A DNA stretch of 63,733 nucleotides, counting the filler, from Chrysochromulina tobinii (Eukaryota): assembly GCA_001275005.1 (NCBI GenBank). It is 9 parts of 9 records of this genome, joined end to end, with 100 filler letters (N's around TTAATTAATTAA, not from the genome) between each part and the next. Parts side by side here need not be neighbours in the genome. Positions count along the whole stretch, not along the records: positions 15,510 to 27,333 come from JWZX01000617.1; positions 27,434 to 45,658 come from JWZX01000618.1; 7 more parts are not named here. The stretch is one strand, 5' to 3'. The notes under the pieces are model-generated. The model had not been told where the DNA came from. It searched no databases and worked only from the letters and a program-made list of their open reading frames with translations. Below, piece by piece: positions 21,471-30,900 of the stretch. Every line of letters begins with the position of its first letter. The first letter of the stretch is position 1. Both the position numbers and the translations under genes were made by a program.

Positions 21471-23133
21471 ATGGCGTGGACGCTCGCTGCGGTCAACTAC
21501 AATGAAAAGAGGAGGCTCGGCGCGCCCTTCTGCGAGCTGCGCGACGGCAAACTCGGCTCTGTGTACACCATGCTGACCGAGATGCTAGAGCGGCGAGGAG
21601 ACTGGAGACGAAAGACCGCAGCGAGGAGTCGTGGCGGACTCATGCTGCCACCGAGCTTCCACTTGCTGCTCGGCACTGCGCAAGGCAAGGGCATACCATG
21701 GGAGTACCACCAATGCAAAAGCACCGGTGGCCCTCCGCTCGTGAACTACTACTACGGCTTCGAGACTCTGACACGAAAGGCTGACCTGGTGGCCATGCTC
21801 CAGAACTCAGAGGCAACCTGTGGCGGCAACTGGCCAACGCACATGCCCGTCAGGCTGATGGCTCCCGTATGCGTGCCAGGCCACCTCGTATGGGAGCTCC
21901 TGCCCAAGTCATTTGCCTTCTATCCGGATCGTGGGATCACTCACCAGCGATTCCGCAGCTCCTTTTTCGCGGCCTTCGCGGCGGCAGAGCGCGCGCACGG
22001 ATCGCTCCACAACGTATGGATCGTCAAGCCGTCGAACGGTATGGTGATTGCGCTCGATTGCGCGCGATTGCGCGTGATTGCGCGTGATTGCGCTTGATTG
22101 CGCTTGATTGCGTCCGTGGAGGTCCAAAGGTATGGTGACCTCTCGTCTGTGCCCTCGCTGCATGTAAGGTTGCAAAGGCGAGCGCATCTTCCTCTCGAGC
22201 TCGTACAACGAGATTGTGCAGTTCCTGATGGAGGAGGCAATGCACGCCGCGTATGGCGAGGTGATTGCTTCCGCCTGGGTGGTGCAGCGGTACATTCACA
22301 ACCCGCTGCTACTCCGGGGTGGGCGCAAGTTTGACCTGCGCTGTTGGGTGCTGCTCGATGCGGACTACAACGTCTGGCTCTACCAGCAGGTGAGAAATAA
22401 GAGGACTGTATCCCTTTTTGGATTGAGCGATATTCTTTGCGTTCCATGACAACTTTGCGTCGAACCCGCCACTCCGACCGTCGCGCGCAGGGCGTCGCGC
22501 GAACGGCGGCTGTGCCCTACGACATTCACGACCTGGCGAACTACTTCGCGCATTTGACGAACCATTGCATTGCCGAGACACACGCCGCCTTTGGAGCGTA
22601 CGAGCCGAACAACGAATTGTTCTACGCGTCGCTGGACGCCGAGTTGAGCCATGCGCTTCCACAGTGCGCTGCCGCGGCAGGCGGCTCCGTCCTGTACGGC
22701 CGCATACTACCGCAGGTGCGCGCCTTTTGAGGACGCCTTTTGAGGACGCCTTTTGAGGACCCCTTTGATGGCCTCTGATGGCCGCGCATCGCCTCTCTGG
22801 TTGCAGGTGCGCAGGATTGTCGTCCAAACGCTGCTTGCGGCGCGTCCGACGCTGCAGAGTGCGGACGACGATTACTATGCGTTCCAGCTGCTCGGCTACG
22901 ATTTCGTCATCGACTGCGACCTTCGCGTGTGGTTGTGCGAGGTGAACGCCTCTCCTGCCGTTGCGAGCGCGTTGCTTCCAGGGCTAGTGCACGCTCTCAT
23001 CCGACGCGCGATCGATCCCATTTGCGTGCCCGACGTGTCCCGGGAGGACGTGCGGCCTCGCGAGGGCGAGGCGGAGGCGTCCAGGGCTAGGCGCGGGGAG
23101 GACTTTGAGTGCATCATGGCTGGACCTCAGTAG
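21471..23133 (+). CDS. TTL: Tubulin-tyrosine ligase; four exons, introns 22039-22168, 22390-22490 and 22716-22806
   Basis: LVNYYYGFETLTRKADLV, VWIVKPSNG|CKGERI, VVQRYIHNPLLL..GRKFDLRCWVL, HLTNHCI, FQLLGYDF and WLCEVNASP. All three introns keep frame. Confidence 0.9.
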
Positions 23134-23244
23134 ACGGCACCGGGGGTAGTCAGCTACGTAGTATGCTCGGGGGCGATAGAGTCCTGAAGAGCGTAGGAAA
23201 TAAGCTGTCTTTTGCTTCGCGTGAATTCACAGCGACTTCGAGCG

Positions 23245-24090
23245 ATGGCGAAAAAGGCCTGCGTCGCTCGCCTTCGCAAGGAACTCAAAGCCTTCGAGCC
23301 GCCACCGTACATTCGGGCAGCACCGCTCGAGCACGACTTGCAGGAATGGCGCTTCGTGCTGCAGGGTCCGCATGACTCGCCGTATGAGGGCGGCATGTAC
23401 CAAGGCAAGCTGCGCTTCCCGGACGAGTATCCATTCAAGCCGCCGTCCATCATGATGATCACACCTAACGGGCGCTTCGAGACCGATCGAAGGTTGTGCC
23501 TTTCCATATCTGACTTCCACCCGGAGTCGTGGATTCCGACGTGGAGTGTGGCGTCCATCATCAACGGCGTGCTCTCCTTCATGCTCGAGGACGGGCAGAC
23601 GACAGGGTCGATTCAGACGACGCTGGCGGAGAAGCACCGGCTGCGCGACGCCTCGGTGGCATGGAATAGCAAGGATCCCGTCTTTCGAGAGCTCTTTCCG
23701 GAGCTCGTCGAAGGCAAGCCGTTCACACCGAAGCTCTCGGCCGCGCCGCCGTCAGGGGAGCCGGACGCCACCGCCGCAGAAGGAGCCACAGCCGCGTCCA
23801 CAGCCCCTTCGATGGAGCCGCCGCCGCCGCTGCCCCCGCTCCCCCCGCTGCCCCCGCTGCCCCCGCTGCAGCCGCTGCAGCCGCTGCCACCGCCCGGCGG
23901 CGAAGAGGACAGCGCCGATGACGCGGAGCCGGGACAGGGCAGGAATGCCAAAGCGAATGCCAAGAAGCGAGAAAAGGAAAAAGCCAAAAAGGCGGCGGCA
24001 AAGGCGGCGGCGGCCTCGGCTGCAGAGGGCGGCACACCGGCAGCGACGCCGGCGCCCGAACACGCCGACGACGGCGTCGACGTAGAGTAA
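23245..24090 (+). CDS. UBE2J2: Ubiquitin-conjugating enzyme, UBC6/UBE2J class
   Basis: RLRKEL, SPYEGGMYQGKLRFPDEYPFKPP and ITPNGRF...RLCLSISDFHPESW, which includes the catalytic Cys. Confidence 0.88.
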   Translation: MAKKACVARLRKELKAFEPPPYIRAAPLEHDLQEWRFVLQGPHDSPYEGGMYQGKLRFPDEYPFKPPSIMMITPNGRFETDRRLCLSISDFHPESWIPTWSVASIINGVLSFMLEDGQTTGSIQTTLAEKHRLRDASVAWNSKDPVFRELFPELVEGKPFTPKLSAAPPSGEPDATAAEGATAASTAPSMEPPPPLPPLPPLPPLPPLQPLQPLPPPGGEEDSADDAEPGQGRNAKANAKKREKEKAKKAAAKAAAASAAEGGTPAATPAPEHADDGVDVE

Positions 24091-24304
24091 CGAAGATGGC
24101 TGCGCAGAACCAGATACAGCGCGAGCACCAGAGGCGAGACCGAGAGGCGCCACTTTGGTACCACTTTGGGGGGCCGCAGCAAAACGCCTTTGCGTGCTCG
24201 ACGGAATGACGTGGCAATAATCTCTAAAACAATAGTACAAGTAACGTAGCCCTGGGGTTACAGTAGTCACTTTTACTAGTCCGCGCTCGCGACCGCGTCC
24301 ACCT

Positions 24305-25156
24305 TCACCGGGGGCGCCGGGCGCTCGAGGCGGCCGCAATGGCGGCGCCCGCGACGACGACACTGAGCAATGTGCCCACGAGGACGCCACCACCGATGAC
24401 GAGCGCCTTGTTGTCGCACACCCAGTCGAGCACTGCATTCCGCAGCGAGGGCTTCATAGGACCATCGGGTAGGTTTCCGAGCACGAGAGAGCGCACGAGC
24501 GCTCCTGTGTCGCCGCTGCTCCGCGCGCCTTCCCACTCCCCCAGACGCGTCATGAAGTCGGTGAGGGTGGCCTCGGAGGTCGAGTCGCGCATCTCGGGCA
24601 GCCCGTGCTCGAGCCCGAACTCGACGATGAACGATGCGTGCAGCAGCCGCTCCTGCCGCTCCTCGAGCATGCCGGGCGAGTCTTGCATGCTCGTATGGTA
24701 CGCGATGAGCCGGCGCGCGATGACCTCGACCGGCTGCGACATATCCTGGTAGGCGAGCGCGTCGCCCTCCTCGGCGGCCGACGCCGCTTCGGCGGCGGGC
24801 GCCGGCTCGCCTAGCCCGATGGCCTTGACTGTGGCGATCATAGAGTTGTACACCGCCTCCTGCGAGACGAGGCGCTGGCACGCCAGGAACTCTTCGACGA
24901 GGCGTGGCGGCGGCGCGCCACTCCGGGTCGCCTCCACGCACGCCCGGATCCGGTCGGCGTACTCGAGCGCCATCGGCAGCCCGCGCTCGCGCGCAGCATT
25001 TAGGCCATCCTTCTCGTGACGCTTCTGCGAGAGATTCATGAAGTCGGCGTTGACGAAGCGCCAGCCGCTGATGACCGCGTAGTCGTGGCACGCCACGAGC
25101 AGCGCCCGCCACTCGTGCCATGGCGTCTGGCGCAGTGCGCGATCGTGCACCACCAT
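24305..25156 (-). CDS. Uncharacterised protein with a C-terminal transmembrane anchor
   Basis: GC3-rich ORF with natural composition, ending in LVIGGGVLVGTLLSVVVAGAAIAAA and a basic tip. Confidence 0.65.
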   Translation of the reverse strand: MVVHDRALRQTPWHEWRALLVACHDYAVISGWRFVNADFMNLSQKRHEKDGLNAARERGLPMALEYADRIRACVEATRSGAPPPRLVEEFLACQRLVSQEAVYNSMIATVKAIGLGEPAPAAEAASAAEEGDALAYQDMSQPVEVIARRLIAYHTSMQDSPGMLEERQERLLHASFIVEFGLEHGLPEMRDSTSEATLTDFMTRLGEWEGARSSGDTGALVRSLVLGNLPDGPMKPSLRNAVLDWVCDNKALVIGGGVLVGTLLSVVVAGAAIAAASSARRPR

Positions 25157-25376
25157 ACGAAAGCGATCGGAAACAAATCCAAACGAAACACCCATGCCGC
25201 GGAAAGAACACATCACAGCGGAGCCCCCACACCGGCGGTTTCAGGTCGTGAACGTGATTCCCTACAAGTTAACGAACCTTCCATGTTTGGTGCGCTCTCT
25301 GTCTTCGGCGCGCTCTCGACCGCGTTAGTCTCGCCCGATTCGCGCGGGTTCGCTCACATAATTTCTAGAGCAAGCG

Positions 25377-27333
25377 ATGGTGACGCCCGATGTGTCGCAC
25401 GAGACGATGCTCTACCCGTGGCACGACAGCTCCTACAACAAGGGCCTGCCGAGTGAGACGCACGTCGGCTCGAGCTCGGTCTTCTCCACCGTCGTCATGG
25501 CGCCGGCCGAGCTCGGCTTGCAGTTCAAGGTCAACCTGGAGAAGACGTTCCATAGCCCACGCCTGAGTGCGCTGCAGGTGGGCGCGTGTGCAGGCACGCG
25601 CAAGCCAAACGAGCAGCTCGAGTGGAGCGAGGCGCGCAGTCACGGCATCCGGTTGGGCTACAACTTTTACCAATCAACCCCGCCGCCGCATGGCGCAGAG
25701 GAGGAGGCGCCGCGCGTGAAGTGGCATGTGGACCCGTCGACGCTGGGAACCGTCTCCTTGGGCCACGCGCTGCTCACGCCCGCGGCACGCGAGAAGTGCG
25801 CACGCATCGAGCGCGCCATGCTGCGCTACGATGCCGACACGTTGCTCGCGACGGAGTCTGGTGTGCTCGCGACAGCGCTTGCTCAGCTCGAGAAGCACGA
25901 CGCGCGGCTCGTGAGGGCGTTCACGGCGCTGCAGTCGGTCGGCGGGCTGTCGGACAACGAGCGGCACGCGTTGCAATCGGCGCTGCAGTCCGTTCACACA
26001 TCCCAGAGACACGTGGGTCCAACACGCATGTCTGTGCAATCAACGCATGCGATCAACGTATCCCACGTGGGTTCGACACCACCCTCGCTTTCACACGACG
26101 AGAGCTCTCAAACCGGCCCGACGGGCAAGCAAACGAAGGCGCACCTGCCCATCGTCGGGGCGCTCAATACGGCGCCCAAATCTAGGCAGTCGGTGCTCGA
26201 CACGGCGCGTGCCCTGCTCAAGGAGCACGCCGCGGTGCATCAGGCGACAATGATGCTTGTGGACCGGTGGGACGTGGCATGGTGCGTGCGAACACAAGAG
26301 GGCGTTGCTGATATCCCTCCCTCGTTGCATGCTAACCGGCCTCCCTCGTTGCATGCTGACCGGCCTCCCTCGTTGCATGCTGACCGGCCTCCCTCGTTGC
26401 ATGCTGACCGGCCTCCCTCGTTGCATGCAGGCGTGCGATCATGGCCGAGGCCGAGGGTGTGCGAAAGGCCGCGCTCCACCGGATGATGGAAGCCGCCACC
26501 ATGGTGCACGCAGAGATGGAAGAGGTGAGCCCGGTTGGTGTGCGTCTGAGTGCGTCTGAGTGCGTCTGAGTGCGTCTGAGTGCATCTGAGTGCGTCTGGG
26601 TGCATCTGAGTGCGTCTGGGTGCCTCCCTCGTCACAGGTCGAGCTGCGTCTCACAGATCATGTCCTGCTCAACATAAGCGAAGAGGCCGAGCGTATGTCC
26701 AAGGCGGTAGGCCCCGATGGCGACCGACTACGCGACCTGCGGGCACAAGCGCGGCTGCTGCAGCAGAAGCAGTTCAAACAGAAGGCTGTGCTCGTAAGCG
26801 TGGCCAAGCGGGCCCTCGAGTGCGCCGACCGGCACAGCGACGAGCTCAGCCAGATGCGCAGCTCGCTCGACATCTCGGGGAGCCTCGCGGAAGGACTCGC
26901 GCACCCAATCGAGGGTTTCGTCAAGTCTCGTCGAGCCGGTGCGCCCTCCATCCTGGAGTTTGCGGCGGGTACGAGGGCGGACAATGAGAGGACGAAGAGG
27001 GCGGGGGCGGGCGGGCGGGGCAGCCAGCGCGCACGCCGATGCTGCTGCTCAGCGAGGCGGTCCAGAAGGCCTTGCAGGCATGCGATGCGCACCGCGCGGC
27101 TGCCGAGCTGCGGCGGCTCGCCGCGTTCGGTTTTCGTCCAGTCTCGGTGCACGCGCTGCAGGGCATCGAGGACGCCGAGGTCGCGGTCGCGCTCGCGGAG
27201 CAGGAGGCTCGCGCGGCAGCGGCCAAGGCGCTGGCCGCCGCCGCCGCGTCGCAGGCAGCCGAGGCGCAGCTCGAGGCAGCGCAGGAAAAGGAGGAGGAGG
27301 AGGCGGCAGGCGCGGCCGGCTCGAGGGGTTCGT
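25377..27333 (+). CDS. Uncharacterised helical/coiled-coil protein, 3'-partial; introns 26267-26430 and 26525-26637; probable frameshift at ~26986
   Basis: Splicing gives continuous ...MMLVDR|RAIMAEAEGVRKAALHRMMEAATMVHAEMEE|VELRLTDH.... Both introns are GT-AG and filled with tandem repeats. Confidence 0.65.
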
Positions 27334-27433
27334 NNNNNNNNNNNNNNNNNNNNNNNNNNNNNNNNNNNNNNNNNNNNTTAATTAATTAANNNNNNNNNNN
27401 NNNNNNNNNNNNNNNNNNNNNNNNNNNNNNNNN
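27334..27433. other. Artificial contig spacer
   Basis: N44-TTAATTAATTAA-N44. Confidence 0.98.
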
Positions 27434-27950
27434 TCAGGGGGGTGGTCTAGATGATCTGCAGCGCGAGAGGGCCGCGCCATTGAGTCTTCCTGGCGACAGA
27501 GGTGCCGAACATGGCCCGAACATGTCGGCGCGATACTGTTGCGTGAACCCCGTTCTTGGTTCTTCCCTCCCCCGACGGCGTGAAGAAAAGAGCCGTCCCT
27601 TGAGAATGAAACTGACTGTTGATGACTGATGCATATGAAGCCCCGCGAAAAGCCGATACAGCGCGCCCTTACAAAAAGGCGCGTTTTGACCTCTCTGTTT
27701 TCCTCTCACCGAGCCTCAGACAGACGGACCCGGTGACTGCGCGATCAATCAATAGCTGGAGGCGTGGGCGCCTTGTCGAGCCCCGTCGGCACTGCTCCTG
27801 GCTCGCTCCACCTGCCACAGCTCCCCATGCCCTGCGCGAACCCCAATCTCGTCGCGCTGCTCCGCCGGTGGACAGCGGCAGCCGAAGATGCTAATCATTC
27901 ATCGTGAGTGCCACGCATAGAACACGCGCGAGCACACAGCGCACTCGCAA

Positions 27951-30900
27951 ATGACGCCAGGACGCGCACCCTGTTTCGCTCGCAGACAGCAAGCGCAGAC
28001 CTTTCGCCGTGCGGCCAAATCGATGGCTGCACACCCGACGCCGATCACGTGCAAAGCGGAGGCGCTCGCCGTCAAGTTCGTCGGCGAGAAGATCGGCGAG
28101 GCGCTCGGCGACTATCTGGCCTTCGAGCGCGGTCAGCTGCTCGCCGATGTCCGGACCGTCGCGCGGCTGCGCCACGACGCCGAGGGCAAGTGGTGGAGCG
28201 TGCGGGTGTGCGCGGGCATGGCGTGGCGCTCGTGGGGCAAGCTCGCCAACGGCGCGGAGCAACCGGGGATGGACAACTGGGAGCACTGCCACGACGGCGC
28301 CGCTGCGCTCGCGTGGGCGGTCGAGAAGGCTACCAAACAGCTCAAGAAGGGCTACGCTCATGGCGTCGGCTCGGATGCGCAGTACGCAGCCGCGTGCGCC
28401 GAGGTGCCGACAGCACCACCTCGCGGCCGACGTGCGGGCGCCGCCATGGCTGCCGCCGCTCCGTCGGCGGCGCCGGCGCCAGCCGCACCGGCGCCCGCTC
28501 GAGCGACCTCCTCGGGCAGCAAGCCGCCGACCCTCGTCGCGTGGGATTCGGACGCGGACGCCGCCGACACTGACAGCGTCGCAGCGCCCTCGGCAGCGCC
28601 CTCGACGACGATGACGGCCGAGGAGGCGGAGGAGGCGGAGGAGGCGGAGGAGGCGGCGGAGGCGGAGGATCCCCTCCTGGACAACGACGGCGCCGAAAAA
28701 GAGGGCGAAGTGCGCAAGCGCGTGTACCACCCGAAGCTCACCAACCCCCGTGGGGAGGTGGCCGCTGCCCCCTCGATCTTAGTCGCGCTGTACCGGGCGG
28801 GCGCGATCGGCACCGGCAGTTTACACGCGCTCAGCACGGCGGAACTGTTGGGGCGCGCACAGAAGCTCTGCCCGGCCATTGGGCTCACGGCCACCTCGCT
28901 CGGTGGCAACGGGCGCGCACGCGGTGGGCGAGGCGGCGCCGGGCGGGGCGGCGGCGGCGGGCGTGGGGTGCACCGCGGCGCCGGGACGGGCGCTCTGAAG
29001 ACTCTTCTCAAGAATGAGCTGATCGTGATGCGCAAGGAGGGGCACACGCATGTGTATAGCCTCCTCACGACGCCCAGCGCGCTCGCGCCCTCGCGCCAGC
29101 AACCCGGCAGCGAGCTCGCCGCCACCCTTGACGTCGAGATGCATGCGCGCGAGGAGGAGGAGCGTCGAAGTCACGGCCGCCATGTGCACGGCCCGACACT
29201 CGGCGGCGGAGGGTATGTGCCGCCGCCGTGGGCGCCCGCCTACTGGCCCGACGGCGCGGGCGGCTACGTGCTCGCGCAGATCCCACTGCCCGCGACGGCG
29301 CCGCCTCCGGACGTTGCGAGTACGCTCAAGGCGGCGGGCTATCCCGTGCCGATTGCGAGTGGGTTCAGCTTCTTTGGGCCGCGCGTCGTGCCGCTGACAG
29401 ATGCGGCGGCGGCGGCGGCGGGACTGCCCGACGCGACCGCCGCGGCCTCGGCGGCTGCAGCGGCCGCGGCGGCCGCCGATGCCACGGGCTCCCTCTATGC
29501 GCGCCTCGCGCGGGCGACTGCGCAGCACGACGACGAGCACGGCGACGGGTATGGCGAAGACGACGACGAGGATGGCTCCTCGTGCTCGCACGCTGGGGAG
29601 ATGTATGGGGCGGACGACGAGGATCGACGGATGCGGAGGGCACTCGCGCTCTCGCGCGCGCAGCGTCGCGGTCAGGCAGGGGCCGCAAGCCGAGCGCTGT
29701 GCCGAGCGCGCACCGGCGCCGTTGCGGGCACGTCGGCCGGTGGCGCCTCCACCTCCTCCTCCGGGGGGGGGGGCGTGGCCCCCTTGGTGACTGCGACCGG
29801 CCCACAGCCACGCCCACAACAGCGCCCACAGCCACGCTCGCACGCCGAGTACCCAGCCCTCCCGCGCGAGGTGTATGACCTCACCTCGCCCTCGCCCACG
29901 GCGGCGCTCGCCCGGCCGTCACTGCCACGCGTCGTGCCGGGCGTGAGCGATGCCCTCGCGAACGCTGTGGTCAACCTTGAGGACGAGGATGGTGCCCATG
30001 ACGACGCTGGTCTCGAGGCGGGCAGGACGACGACGATGCCCACGACGACGCTCCAAGCGCCGTTCACAGCAGGCTCCCACTCGCACGCGCCGCCGAGACA
30101 TGATTGGGGCGCCGTCCTGGCGGCCGTTGCACCGCCGAGACAGGATTGGGGCGCCGTCCTGGCGGCCGTGGCACCCCGTGAGCATTGTGTTGTACAGCAG
30201 CAGCCCACTGAGCGGAACACCCGCCGCACGCTCGAGGCATCGATCGACGAGCCGGAGGAGGCGGACGAGGCGGACGAGGGCGCGGTGGCGGAGGAGAGCG
30301 CTGCGGCGCCCCCCTGGGATGATGACGATCTCGACTGGAGCTGCGACGCCGGCATGAGCGGCCGACCATCTGACAGCTGGCCAGCCCCCGCGGACGAGTC
30401 ACCGGGGGCGGCGGGGGGAGGGGAGGCGGCGCCACGACGTGCCAGCGGAGCTCCCGCGCTTGCTCCCGCGCTTGCTCCCGCGCTTGCTCCCGGGGCAGGC
30501 GCGGATGCGGCGGCAGACGCGGATGCGGCGGCAGGCGCGGACGCGGCGGCAGGCGCGGACGCGGCGGCAGGCGCACTGCTGGATGATGATCTCGATTGGT
30601 GCTGCGGCGCCGAGATGATGGTGGACGACGAGGACGAGGCGGAGGACGAGGCGGAGGACGAGGATCGTGCAGAGGAAGCGGCGGGGCCAGCCAGGCGCAG
30701 CTCGGTCGCCCGTCATCGCGCACCCGGGGGCGCGCGCGAGGCTGGGCGTGCGTGCAAGCTCTCGCGTGGTCCGTCCTCGACGGACATAGGCGCGGCGGCG
30801 CGGGCGGCGAGCGCCGCGGCGAGCGCCTCCTCGGCGGCCTCAAGAGAGCTCGATGCGGTCTCGATCTGCAGCACCGAGACCGACGAGGACGGGGAGAACC

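Noticed and set aside
26316..26620. Peptide repeats such as PPSLHADR, TQTHSDA and ARDCA in the ORF track
   Set aside because: Translations of intronic tandem repeats, not protein.
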